Below the pieces are notes generated by a model, which saw nothing but the letters and a program-made list of their open reading frames with translations, searched no databases and was not told the origin of the DNA. Shown one piece after another: positions 38,694 through 52,794 of a stretch of 64,000 bases of DNA. Each line of letters starts with the position of its first letter. The first letter of the stretch is position 1. Source of the DNA: Salpingoeca rosetta (taxonomy: Eukaryota > Protista > Choanoflagellata); the NCBI GenBank assembly GCA_033442325.1, contig JAWQFM010000010.1:625382-689381 (forward strand). The letters run 5' to 3'. A program made the position numbers and the translations under genes.

Positions 38694-39294
38694 TGTTTGC
38701 GAAAGCATGGCGGGCATTGGTTGCGCCACTTCTCACCCCACCACCTCCAACTGTTCATCCACAATCACCCCAACACCGCATGTCAGTCCGTTGCCGAGCA
38801 CGTGCAGGAGCAGAACATCACGGAGGCGCGAACAGTGGAGGAGGCCATCAGCGTCCTGCGCATTGGCGGTGCGTCCATGCTCCGTGTTGTTGGTTGGCAG
38901 TGGTGGTCCTGGTGGTGGTCCTGGTGGTGGTCTTGGTGATGGACTCATTGCCTGTCACCGATTGCTTGTGTGTGTATGTATGTGTGTGTATGTGCATTTC
39001 AGGGGCGCAAGCGCTGCCGACCAAGAGAATGTCGTACGCGGAGTTTGAGGAGCAGAACTTGGAGGCCTTCAAGGTGAACCGCTTGGTGTGTGTGTGTGTG
39101 TGCGCGAGTGTCCTGACCAACACAACGTTCCATGTTTTTGTTGCTGGGCGTTTCTCACCCGTCCATGTCACCCCCCACCCGCCCCGCTATGCACGATGCA
39201 GGCGGACAACCCGACGCTGCGGCTGTCGCAGGTGAAGGCTGCTGTCAAGAAGGCCTGGCAGCGCTCCCCGTCAAACCCGGCCAACCAGGCATAG
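37392..39294 (+). CDS. CCDC124: CCDC124/Lso2-family ribosome-binding protein, multi-exon
   Basis: MGKK..KAAAAKARK, DAKWVDND, EENPN, EARTVEEAISVL, YAEFEEQNL, NPTLRLSQVK...WQRSPSNPAN. Confidence 0.9.
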
Positions 39295-40611
39295 GTGCGT
39301 CCATCGTGCTTGCTCATGGTGTGTGTGTGTGTGCATGTGTGCGTGTGTGTGCGCGTGTGTGTGCACATGTGTGTGTGTGTGTGTGTGTGTGGTTTGCATG
39401 TTATGTTGCTTCATACCTGCGCATCTGTGCACGCGTTTGCGCCTGTGGTGGAGAATTTTCGCAATTGTTTATGAGGCAGCTGCTCACGCGTGCTGCTGTG
39501 GTGTCAACACATACACAGACAGGCCAGCAAGCAAGCAGGCGTGGCGTGACTTTAACAACGCTAGTCAATGCTCATACGTCTCTCTCTCTCTCTCTCTCTC
39601 TTTGTCTCTACTTGACCATCTCCACCTTTTCTCCCTCCGACCAATCTCGACTCGGCTGCAGCTCGGAACACCTCTGTTCTCATAGCGCCCACTTTGTATC
39701 CAGCAACAACATGCAACAACAACATGTGTCCTACTTTCGCCACATTCTGTTCCTTCCCTCCCCTGCTTGTTACTCCCAGTGTTTCACGCGTGTGCGTTGT
39801 TCACTGGCACGGGTGCATCGTACTTTTCTTCGTGTGTGCACCGGTTCCTTTGCACGTGTGGCATAGTCCCCGACGTTCCAATCATCTCCACCCAACTCGT
39901 ATATGTCCACTGTTCATGTGTTGCTGGGTTTCAGACCCTCTGACACGTGTGTGTGTGTGCGCAGACATGTGTGCGTAGTCTTTCCTTGTTAGCATCAAAT
40001 TTCATTTCGTCTTGTGTTCACGATAAGTCCTTACCTACACCCCTTATTTGCTTTCCTTATCTCCCTTTGACCTTTACTTTGGCCTGTGCCAACACTTGCG
40101 CAAACACACACACACACTCGGCTCCTTCGTTTGTCCTTACTTCTCTGTTGAAAGCATAGCAGTACATATCACGTAGTCGGTCGTCCAGCATTGTGGAGCC
40201 CCATCAACAAACACCACACAACACGGGGCATGATGAGATGTGGCCAGCAAAGGGATCACACGTCACAAGCACAAACAAACAAACACACACACACACATAC
40301 ACACACACATACACACACACACACACACACACGGTGGTTGCCAGGCGAATGATATGAGGGTGAGGTGTATTGTTTGTAACAACAGCCGTCATGGATACGA
40401 ACACAATTGAACGAGAAGCACTGGTTGCACCGCCAAGCAAACAAGACGAAAAGAAACGCAGACAGACAGGCAGACCGCCAGGCAGAGACGCAGACAAGAC
40501 ACGATACAGCAAGCAAAAGAAAGGTAAACAAGCAGGGGCTTGAACGGATTGTGACATTGGACAGCATCGACATGAATGACGTTGACGCGGAAAGGGGGGG
40601 GGGTGGAGGCA

Positions 40612-42000
40612 TCAGAACGGGACAATGGCGACGACAACAATTGCGACAATCAGCAGGAAGATGCAGCACATCATGCCTGGGATCGTTGGTGTGGCCGTGA
40701 TGGTGGATGGAGATGTGAGCGATACATGGGCGCTTAAACGGTGACGTTGTGGCAAAGCTGGAAACAGGCAGGCAAAAACACAAAAACCAAAACGTACACA
40801 CGGACATATGCACACAGACACAGACACAGACAGACAGACAGACAAAACACAGACACAGATACAAACACAGAGATGTGCGCGCAACAATGTCCGACCTCCT
40901 GCTGCCGCCTTGTTTCGGACGTATTCGACGTGTTGTGTTTCTCGCTTGAGGCGCTTGCTTGTGTGATGCATGCCATCCTCCAAGTCCTCCATCATGTCTG
41001 AGCACCATCACAACAGGCACCATCGAGGCCACATGTTAAGAGAGCGAGAGTTACATTTGTAGGGTTTTTGGAGATGAAAGAGCAAAGAAACGCACGTACA
41101 CAAACAAACACACATCACAGACAGATAGGCAGACAAAGACAGACAGACAGACAGATGCACACACATCACACACACACACAAACAAACAGATGCACACACA
41201 CACACAAACAAACAGATGCACACACACAGACACACAAACAGATGCACACACACACACACACAAACAGATGCACACACACAGACACACAAACAGATGCACA
41301 CACATACACACACAAACAGATGCACACACACACACACAAACAAACAAATACACAGATACACACATAGTTCGTACCGAGTTGATCGTCGACCTCATCGCCA
41401 ATTTGTCGGCCGTAATGTTGCAATACTTTGGCTGTGTCTGCGATGCGCCCGAGCGCCTGGTCTTGCTCTACAATTCAACCAACGAAAAAAAGGCACAACA
41501 AAGGCACATCAAGCACGCGGGACTTGAGTGGTGAGGGAAGACCTGCAGCGCGTCTGTATTGGGAAACGTCACCTTCCTGTGCGCATAACTACGCATCAGT
41601 TGGCACACAAGCACCGCGAGCCACAACCACCCTTGCACAAACGTACGTCCAATCATGTCATCCTCCTCCTGCAACAGCGCCTGGTCATCGCGTGCGTACA
41701 GGTCCGAGTTGTCCTGGTACCGGTTTGGGCGATCCGTGTCGCCAAACGCATTCCTTCGTTAACAGGTGTGTAGGATTGATTGGTTGTGATGTGAGTATTG
41801 GAAGGAAGCATTGTTGGAGCACACAGTTGGGGCGCGGTGGAGCACAGCTAGCAAGACCTTATACACACACGCACACATGCACACACAAAACCACGACCAC
41901 ATGGAAGTACGCACGCCAACCGCCACAAAAGTACACGCTGCGACAGGGACACAACAAACACAAACAAGCACGCATCATACCTCATGTATTCTGATGACAT
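40612..42000 (-). CDS. STX8: Short Qc-SNARE, syntaxin-8-like, multi-exon
   Basis: Spliced reading: [84 protein letters not shown]. Candidate ATG at 42000. Confidence 0.75.
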
Positions 42001-42617
42001 TGTTGCGTTGAATCAACAAAAACACAATTTGGTGTGTGTGTGTGTCTCAACACCCAAACAAACAAAGGTGTCGCTCAACGATGGATGCAGCCGGCCGTTG
42101 TTTGTCTGGTGTCTGTCTGTCAGCAAGACGACGTCGGACGGCGCGACGTGCGTGGATGTGGATGGATGGGTCGTGGTGGACGGAAGCAGCGGCAGCGACA
42201 CCAGCCAGCAACGAAAGCAGAAAGCAGCAAGCCACAGACAGCTGACGAGAAATTGGAAACAACAGCACAAACTGTAGTGGATGACTCATCATTCAACACA
42301 CGTGTGGGAAGCAAGGAACAAAAGGCAGCAACCAGCCACAACCAGCAAGAAGTACGGTGGTGTGCTGTCTTTCCTCTCTGCAAGCAAGTGAGCAGACGAC
42401 CATCACCAACAACGCCGCGGTGTGGTTGTTCCGACAGCAGCAGCAGAGGCTGTGGCGAGTGGTTAGCAGTGGGCTTGCACGGCAGTTGTGCGTGGCACAG
42501 AGTAGAACAGCAGTCACAGCAGCAGTACCAACTGCAGCAGCAGCAGCAGTAGCAGCAGCAGTAGTAGCGGTGCAGCGTGCACGCTTGTCAACAACCACAC
42601 TAGGGCAACCCCCCACC

Positions 42618-45600
42618 ATGTCATCAACAGCCACTGCTTCCACCGCAGAGCGCCCAGCAACCCCAGATGGTGTGTGTGTGCACGCTTGTATGCGTGTGTG
42701 TGTGTTGGAGAAGGGCGTTCAGGTTTGATGGTGCCACACACACACACACACACACACACTCGCGCGACTGCGTACGCGTACTCTCACCTGCGTACGCATG
42801 CACTCACGCTGACCCATCCACCAACACACCCACCCACATTCACATGCAAACAACGCGTGTGTTCAGGCTTTGTGAAGATCACAGAGGGCGAGGCCACAAT
42901 CCTGTTTCCGTCCAGTGATGAAGTGTTTTACAACCCCGTGCAGGTCAGTTGTGGTGTGTCATAAATACCCTGCCACATCTGGTGTTCATCAGTCACGCCA
43001 CATGCACACACACATGCACACACACACACACACGCACGCACACATGTACACACACGCGCACACACACATATGAATGTTCACATGGTCGCCGGTCGCTGGC
43101 GTCTGCAGGTGTTCAACCGCGACCTCAGCACCTGCGTCATCACGGCGTTTGCAGAGCAGTGAGTTGCTATGCTTGGGCAGGCTTCTGTAACACGTGTTCA
43201 GTGCACACAGCATGGCTTGCTTGGAGGTGGTTCCCTTAACGTGGCGATGTCCCTTGCAAGAAATAACAGTCACCTTGGCCTTACATGCATGCTGTTACGC
43301 GCCAACTGTGCGCACGTCATGGTAGGTATCTGAACGAGCGCTCGGAGAAGGCACGAAAGAAGCTCGTTCGGCGCCTGGGCGAACAGAAGAGTGACGAGCC
43401 AGCAGCAAATGCCGCGAAGGGCAGCGACACAGACACCAGCACAGCCACGCCCACCAAGCCATCCTCCTCCTCCTCCTCCTCTTCCACCACAACAGCGACA
43501 ACGACAACGACAACGGCAGCAGCGCCACCAGACGCGTCATCCAGCACATTCCTGCAGGAGCACGCGGCAGAGCACCCACGTCTGGCTGCGTGGCGCGGAC
43601 CGCAGGACGCCGGGTTTGACCGCAGCGAGCACGGCATCTCCGTGCTGGAGGCGCTGGCCGCATCAGGCCTGCGCTCCATCAGGTCGCATACGCGTGCGTG
43701 GGGTGCACGTGCGTGAGCGCATGGGTGTGAATAAAGTGTGTATACAAATGTGTATGAGTGTGTACGAGTGTGTGGAAGTGCGGTTATGTTTTGCGTGTGG
43801 TCTTTTGTAGGCTCTTGGTTTGAGTGCTCACATCATGCTGTTCGGTGCACATGTACACTCCATCACGCCACGCCGCGCTGCTACAGGTATCACAAGGAGA
43901 TCCCGACCATCTCCCGCATCGTGTGCAACGACTTCTCCGAGGAGGCGGTGCAGTCCATTCGGCGCAACGTCGACTACAACCACCTCGACCCGCACCACCA
44001 CGTCATCCCAAACCATGGCGACGCCTGGTAACACACACACACTCACACACATTCACACTCACACACACACATACACACACACTCACACACACACACATCT
44101 CTACATCTCTCTCTCTCTCTCTTTTAGGGGATCACGCTCCTGTGCTTGTGTGGATGAATGTGGCATACAACCGCGAGCACCAAACGTTGTTTTCTAACCT
44201 TCGCCGCCCCTGCACCACCCCACCATCACCCCCCTCCCTCAACCCCTCAACTATGCTCTGGTGGCAGCATGGTGATGCACGAGCACCGGAGCAAAGGCAG
44301 CAAGTTTGACGTTGTTGACCTCGACCCATATGGCTCGGCGTCGCCGTTCCTTGATGCTGCGGTGCAATCTGTCAGCAGCGGCGGCCTGCTGTGCATCACA
44401 TGTACGGATATGGCTGTCCTCTGTGGCAACTACCCGGAGACGTGTTTTGCCAAGTACGGATCCATGCCCGCAAAGCGCCAGCACTGCCACGAAATGGTAA
44501 AACGTGCTGCTGTGTCGTGTTTGTGTGTTTGTGTTTGTGTTTGTGTTTGTGTTTGTGTTTGTGTTTGTGTTTGTGTTTGTGTTTGTGTTTGTGTTGCGCT
44601 GCGTCTCGTCTTCCCACTTGAGCAACTGAATGTCTGACGCCCCCCCCCCTTCTCCGCACACGCTAGGGTGTGCGCACGCTGCTTGCGCTGACGTCCCGCC
44701 TCGCCACCCGCTACGGACGCTACATCCACCCGGTGTGCTTCCATCACTGCACATGTGCACCTCGAGCGTGCCGTGCGCACGCATGTGTTGTGTGTCCACC
44801 TGTGTGTTTGTCAACTGTCGAGCGAGGAGTGTTGAATGTGCTTGTTAAGGCTAATGTGTGTGCTCGTTTTGCGAGTGTTTGTTACCACCTCGCTTATTTT
44901 TGTCACACCACCATCACCACCATCACCACCATCGCGTTGCTGCAGCTGCTGTCGTGCTCGATTGATTTCTACTGCCGCGTGTTTGTGCGTGTGTTTGACG
45001 GCGCCGCCAAAGCGAAGGAGGCATCCACGTGCGTGTCTCCAATTGATTGCTTCTTGTGTGTGTGTGTGTGTGTACGTACGTACCTGCTTCTTGTGTGCGT
45101 GTTTGCGTTTCTACGTCACCATCACGGACTGTGTACGTGAGCGTTGAATGGATGCCCTGTCTGTTCTCCGTCGTAACTGCGCCACACCATGCTACGTTGC
45201 CCCCCCCCTCTCACACCACGCTGTCACCCACACCCATGCCCACACCCCATACCCTCAACCAAAATTGCAGGAAGATGTGCCAGGTGTTCCAGTGCACGGG
45301 CTGCCAGTCGTTCCACGTCGCCCCACTCGGCCGCACCGCCTCAACCAAGAAGTGCGACACACATCTTGGCATGCCATGGCATGCTTTCCTTGGACTGTTG
45401 GTTGTTTGATGCGCGCGTGTGTGCATGCGTGCGCACGTGTGAGTGAGTGTGTCTCGGCCACTGCATGCACACTCCCTCATCATTCGCCCTCACCACCACA
45501 CCGCCGCCACCGCACCTCTTTGCCTGTGCATCCGTGTATGTGTGTGTGAATGTGGCTTCGTGTGTGCAGGGGCGGGACCAAGTACACCCCCGGCCACGCT

Positions 45601-47664
45601 CTTGATATTGGCTCCCACTGCGCAGACTGCGGTCGCATCTACCACGTGAGATTGGCAACCGCCTGGCAGGCAGAGGTGGCGGTTCATGTTCTGGCTGCCT
45701 CTGGCTGCATACGAAGAGCACCTGGCACTTTGAAGTGCCCGCACCTACCTCTGTTTGTGTTTTCATTGTGTATGCGTGTTTGTGCGTCTACGGGTGCATT
45801 AATTGCTGCTGTTCTCACGACCCCTTTTGTGTACCATCTGTCATTGCATCATGTGCAGATGGGAGGCCCGTTTTGGAGCGCCCCCATGCACGACGGCGAG
45901 TTCATTTCAAAATGCCTGGACCACATGTCCTCCAACAAGGGCAAATACGCCACAGAGACGCGCATGAAGGGCATGCTCTCCCTCTGCAAGGAGGTGCGAA
46001 GTGGGGGGGGGAGGTGCGGTGAAGTGAATTATCGATTGCAATGCTCGTGGGGTTCGAATGCCACTCACGCGCACACACAAATACATACGCATACGCACAC
46101 ACATGCACACACATATACACGCACATACATTACATACATTCTCACATCCTCTCTCTCCCACTCTCACGCACTCGCACGCATTCACACACACACACATTCT
46201 CACATCCTCTCTCTCCCACTCTCACGCACTCGCACGCATTCACACACACACACATTCTCACATTCTCACATCCTCATGCATCTTGTTCGTGCACGAAACG
46301 TGTCCTGATGGCAGGAGCTGCCGACACCGCTGTACTACACGGTGAGCGGGATGGCAAGCATTCTTCACTGCCAGTGCCCGCCCCACTCCGATATCAGGTG
46401 CTGGTGGCAACCACAGTTGCAGCACGCGCACGTGTGTATGTATGTGTATGTGTGTGAATGGGACTATGAATCACTCTGCATGCTGTACATGCCTGCTGTG
46501 GCACAACTGACCGCAACAACACCACGTCGAGAACAACACAGACACACAGACACAGACACACAGACACACAGACAGACACATAGACACACCACAGGCACAC
46601 ACACACACAGCTCCTCCTCCTCCCCAACCATTAATGAACGCCACCCCCAACCGCTGTCGATATTTGCTATCGCCGATGCAGGTCTGCGATTGTCAATGCC
46701 GGATATGAGGTGTCGCCGACGCACTGCACCGCGCAGGGCATCAAGACCACGGCCCCGCCGCACGTCATGTGGGACATCTACAGAACATGGGTGCGCCAAT
46801 ATGCAAGTACACTCGCCACTTAAATGCACACACTCTCACACGCACGCACACAGATTGACGCACATTCCACATAAACGCGCACATGCACACGCATAACAGC
46901 GCTGCTATGCAGCGCAAACGTGCTCGTGTTGAATGCACACGCGGTGCTGGGCGTGTGCCAGCCGTTGCTAAATTCCTCTGCCCTCTCCATGCGTATTCAG
47001 GTGCGAAAGAACCCGGTGAGCGAGAAAGTGCTGTCGAAGGACTCACCCGCCTCAAAGATACTCAAGGGAGCACCAACGTCCGTGTCACTGGCCCGTATAT
47101 CTGTGTCCTCACGTCTCCAAATGTGGCTTCATTGCATTGCCTTCTCATCCCACACTCGACTTGTCCTGGCTCACCACATTCCGCGCACGTGTTGTATGTC
47201 CGAATCTCACATACCTCTTCTCCCCCACCCACCCTCCTCTACGCTCCACCTCCCCCACGTGCTTTGTCCCCCCCACGCCACCTTCCCTCCCCTCCCCTCT
47301 CCTCTTGCACCACAGGACGGAGATTGACTTTACATACAACAAGGCAGCGCAGCCCAGGTCCAAGCTTGACGGCCTCGTCCGCTATCCAGAGAACCCGGCG
47401 CCAAACTGGGGTCCAAAGGCCCGCGCTGGGAAGCGGTGCGTTTTCTTGGTTGGCCCAGGGGGGTGAGGGAGGAAGGTAGGGGGTGGGTGCTGCTCTTTGA
47501 GTGGTGAGTGGTTTTGGTTGGTGCGAGGTGCATGTGCACACACCACACCCATCCAATGTCGCTCACGTGCATGCCATGTTTGCGATGTTGTGTCTCATTG
47601 TTGCGTCACCAGCCGGCCCGAAGAGCCCAAGACTGCTTCAAAGCGCGCAGACCACTCTTCTTGA
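42618..47664 (+). CDS. TRMT1: tRNA (guanine26-N2)-dimethyltransferase, multi-exon
   Basis: [87 protein letters not shown]. Confidence 0.95.
44519..44594. repeat. (TTTGTG)n intronic microsatellite
   Basis: Direct reading. Confidence 0.85.
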
Positions 47665-48079
47665 TATGATGTGTGACATGATGTGTGATGTGTGATGTGT
47701 GTGCGTGTGTGATGTGTGATGTGTGTTCGATACAACACACGATCAACATCGTTGCTGGTCTTGCTTGCTTGCTCGAAACCAAATGCCAGCGAATGACATC
47801 ATGTTTTGCGTTTTGTGAAAGATGATCACCATTTTTCGACACGCCAAGCAAGAGACAAGCAACGAGATTTGGGCTGGCAAAGGGGTGTTGTTTGTGTTTG
47901 TTGGAGGCGTGTGCGGACAGCAGTCAGAGCAGTCGGCGCTTTCGCCTGCGCGACTGCAGCGACTGAGCTCGACCGAGCCAACCGTGCGTGAAGAAGAAGA
48001 GGAAGGGAGCCACCCTAACGAAAGACAGGACCTGTGACAACGACACGAACGACTCGCAACTTGGAAGAGGACGTTCAAG

Positions 48080-50332
48080 ATGAAACTGCTGTTGTTACCG
48101 CTCGCGATTGCCTTCATCGCCACCTGCTCGACACTTGTTCGGGGTGAGTGAGTCCTTGAGTCACACACCCTCCTCCCTGCTGTGGTCCTGCTGTGGTCCT
48201 TCTGTGGCCTTGGTCGTGGCGTCGTCTTTTGTTGAAAGGAGGGTGCCACCTGTTGCTCACATCGCGTTCCTGGCCTCTTTCATCAGCTGGGAAGGTATCT
48301 GTGCTGGTGAAGGGTGGGAAGGTCAAAGACAGAGACGGCTGGCCACGTGGGGAAAGCGACCCCGTGGTGGAAGTGAGGGTGCCTGGTTATGCAGGCTGGA
48401 TGCACACGACTGAAGATGAGGACGACAACTCTCCTGCATGGCATGAGACGCTTGAGTTCCCCAACACGGACATCCCATCAACGGTGAGTTGGCGTGCTTG
48501 CATTCTCTGCTTGCGGTTGTTCTTCATTCCGTCTATTCGCCATTCGCTTCACGCTTTTGCTCATCCTGAGCATCTCATTTCTGTATGCAGTTCTCGGTGG
48601 AGCTTCACGCTTTCGATCTGGACGGCTTTTTGTATGTCAACGAATGGGGCGACACGGATGATGTGAGTTCGGTGTCCGATGTAGTTGTGTTCCTACTTTC
48701 TTGATTCCAGCAATGCCTTGCAAGCCAACATGTTGCATCTATCTATTACACCCGCCACGAGTACGAACAAACGTACCATGTTCACGCCCGGTCCCTCGTG
48801 CCTCTCTGTTGCTCTGTTCTGTTTCAACCAAATCAGCTTGGCCGTGACACGGACAGCTTCACGTTCGATGGATGCGACCCGGTTTCCCGCGACCACCGCT
48901 TCGACCTTGACGGTGACAACAAATACATCGACGTCACCATCAACTACACACCAAGTACGCCCCACTGGCTTCTGTGATTGTGCGACTCTATGTGTGTGTG
49001 TGTGTTTGTATGTGCATGTGCGTGCTTGTACGTGCATGTGTGCATGTGTGTGCGTGTGTGCGATCGCGATTCTCTCCATCTTGTTGTGTCCACTTACAAC
49101 ACACACACAACCGGTCACTTGTTTGGCTCGATCTCCTCGCCCAAAGCCGACCTGTGCCTGAGCAACAACGGTGACTGCGGCCCAGCACAATCGACCTCGT
49201 GCACGTGTGTGCGCGATGAAGAAGTGCAATGCCAGTGTTTGGACGGATTCAAGTCTGACACGGGAAAGGACTGCTTTCCCATCGACCCCTGCCAAACGTC
49301 AACCTTTGGTGGATGCGACAAGCAGCACGGAGTGTGAGTGACTGTGTGTTTGGTTGCCCAATTGTGCATTGCTTCTTGATGCATCTTCTTGCGCGCAGAC
49401 GTATGTGTACACGTGTGTGCATCTGACTGAGTGCGCTTTTGCCCTTTGTCTCTCATTCACACTCACCTACATAACACACACGTAAACATACACACACATA
49501 ACCACACACCCACCCACACACATTCACACTCCCTTTCACTCTCACTCTCACACAAACGCCCACTTATCCCCACCCTCACGGCTGCAGGTGCACGTATCTT
49601 GGCCCTGGCGAGAGCAAGTGCGCGTGCAAGGGCGGGTACCGGTTTGCGAGCACGAGTGACCATTCGAACTGCGACCCAATCAACCCCTGCGAGGATGTTC
49701 CAGGCCGTTGTGGCGAAAACTCCCTCTGCGTGTATGATGGTCCAGACAAGTTTCACTGCACGTGTGTTGAGGGTTACGAGTCTGCCAACGCCGAGAACAC
49801 GGACTGCCGGCCCATCAACCCGTGCGAGAAGGAGGGCTACGGCGGCTGTGATGCAAACACGCAGCTGTGTCGCTTCATGGGTCCTAACACGAACGAGTGC
49901 GATTGCAAGCCCGGGTTTGACGGAGCGGACGGCGGCAGCTGCGATGTTGTCAACCCGTGCGAGGACACGCCCACGCTTTGCGGCGACAACTCCACGTGCA
50001 TCTACACAGGACGTGAGTTCATCTGTGTGTTTGTGTGCGTGTGTGCGTGTGTGCGTGTGTGTGCGTGTGTGTGTGCGTGTTTGTGCGTGTACGCAGGCTC
50101 GTGCATGGCTGTTTTCGTTTACACATGCTCAACCCCAAAGCCCAACCGCACTGCACTTCACTTCGCTGCCCTTTCAACCATCATCAGCCGGCACGTCTCG
50201 GTGCGAGTGCCTGCCGGGCTACCACGCACCGCACAACCCCAACAACACAGATTGCCAGCCCGTGAACCCATGCGTCACACACGATGGCACTCCAACAGAT
50301 ATTTGTGGCGTTCACTCAACTTGCTCCTTCAC

Positions 50333-50417
<85 letters not shown>

Positions 50418-52794
50418 TCATTATGTCCGCATTCTGCTCCCTTTGCTGCGTGTTGCAGGAGAACGTCTACCATCATCCTCTCCCCTCACTAACATTGAAA
50501 TCCTACGCACGCACACGCACACACGCGTGCGCACATTCACGCAACAGGTCCTGGGCAGCACGAGTGCACGTGTGACGATGGCTATGAGTCCTCAACAGGG
50601 GCGGTGCGTCATTGTGGCCGTTGCAGACCTGTGTGTGTGTGTGCGTATGTATTTGCATATGTGTGTGTGTGTGTGTGTGTGCCACTGATTGAAGCGCAAC
50701 CGCCTGTCGTACCCATATGTGTCAACATCACTCGCTGCACAGCGTATCAGGCACACACACACACTTGTCTAACCCTTCAACCATCACCTCACAACAACAT
50801 CACCTCACAACAACAACAACAGGCGTGTACGCCCATCAACCCGTGTGAGACGGACAACGGCGGGTGCATCTTCGCCACGTGCGTGTACAGGGGACCGGGG
50901 CAGCACACATGTGAATGCCTGCCCGGATACGACAAGCTCTCACCAAACAGCGTGGAGTGCACGGTGGGTCATGTTTGTGCATGTACTACGTTTGCTGTGT
51001 GTGTGTGTGCGTGTGAATGCTTGTCTTGCGTATGTACTGCGTGTGCGTGGGCTTCGTGTTTGGGTGTTTGGGACGTGTGCGTCCTGTCCGTGTTCTTTCA
51101 ACAACAATCCATTGTCGCATTCACTCCGACCCTCAACCGTTCGCTCATGCGTCTTCTCTTCTCCCTCTAACACGCCTTCAGCCAATCAACCCGTGTAAGG
51201 AAGACAACGGCCAGTGTGGACCTGCATCAACAACGCTGTGAGTGCGAAACAGATTGAGTTGGGCAACGTGTTGAATGTTGGTGCACATGCCCAAGCTGCA
51301 CGAGTCGAAGAGTTTGAAGTGTTTGGTGCACTCACACACACACTCACACACATGCATTCACACACACGCACACGCACACACACACATGCACACACATACA
51401 CACACATACACACATCCACACACAAAATCTCACACGCATACCACACACACACACACACACACACGCACAACACACACACATACACACACACAACATCACG
51501 ACCACAGGTGCATCCACACTGGGCCCGAGATGCGAAACTGCACGTGCCACGAAGGGTACACGTCCACCACGGGGCGCAACTGCTTCCCCATCAACCCATG
51601 CGTCACCGACAACGGCGGCTGCGGGTTTGAAAACTCAACCAGGTCAGTGGCACACGTCGGGGTGCGTTGTTATTCTTCTGTGTGTGCTTCAACCAGTGCA
51701 CACTTGTGGCGCAGTCTGTGGCGCGTTTCACACACACACATGCACCACGACAATCCATCCATCCACCACACTTACCCGAGCGACCCGTTTATCTCCTCTC
51801 CTCAACATGCCAGGTGCCTGTTTGACGGCCCTGACCTGGCTTCGTGTGTGTGCCGGTCTGGCTTTGCCGGCGATCCACCGAACACGCCGTGCGAGGTCAG
51901 CACAGCGCCTGCTCATGCATGCCCTTGCAGTTTGGCGCCACATCGTGCTTCTGTCGCGCCACCTCTTCATCATCTCACTCACATCTCACCCATCCCGTCA
52001 CCATCGCTTCACTGCCTGACCACTCCTCGTCCACATTTTCTCTCCCCTCCCACTCCCCACTTCTTCCATCTCAGCCCGTGGACCCGTGCTCGATCGACAA
52101 CGTGTGCGGGGCAAACGCGGAGTGCACCCGCACAGGGCTGCACACGTACAACTGCAGCTGCATCGCCGGTCACGTGAGCGACAACGGCGGCCGCAACTGT
52201 ACGCCCTCGTCCTCCTTCCTGGCATCAACAGGAAGCATGACTACAACCCTCGACCCGGCTGCGAGCCAGTCCACCGCCACCAGCATCTCCGCTGCCACAT
52301 GGGGCGGCATTGCTGCTGGCGCCGTTGTCCTGGTCGTCATCATCGTCGTCGTTGTGCTGGCCGTGCGGCGGTCCCATGACAGGAAGGTGCTTGATCGCCA
52401 CGCGTCTGGGCCCTCCACATCTGTTGTCAACCCCGTGTACCAGGGCCCGCCGGCCATGGCGCCGGTGCAGCCGGAGTACTCTGCACTCGACGAATCAGGG
52501 CGGGGGCGGTCGTATTCCGCGCACGCGGCAGACCCGATGGTGTACAGCCACCTCTCTCGCAACGGCAGCGGCAGTGGCAGCGCAACCATCGTCGGTGTGC
52601 CCACGTATGCCTCGCCAACCGTGCAGCTGAATGATGAGAGCGATGCATACGACGTTCCACGGAAGGAGCCCGCCAACGCGGCGCGTGCCGGGCGCCTCGC
52701 TGCCAACTCTGGATACGCGGAGCCCCCTCCACGCCGTTTGCTGGCCAACACGGCGTATGAGGACCACACGCTCTCCAGGCACGCAGATGCATGA
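48080..52794 (+). CDS. Type I membrane protein: signal peptide, extracellular C2 domain, ~10 EGF repeats, TM, Tyr-rich tail
   Basis: Signal peptide MKLLLLPLAIAFIATCS. C2-like KDRDGWPRGESDPVVEV..DDNSPAWHETLEF..VELHAFDLD..DD.LG. Ten INPC..NGGC..C.C..GY..C repeats. TM IAAGAVVLVVIIVVVVLAV. Tail with NPVY, YSAL, YSHL, YDVP. Confidence 0.85.

Noticed and set aside
52460-52560. ITAM in the receptor tail (YSAL...YSHL)
   Set aside because: The two YxxL motifs are ~18 residues apart, far beyond the 6-8 spacing of an ITAM.
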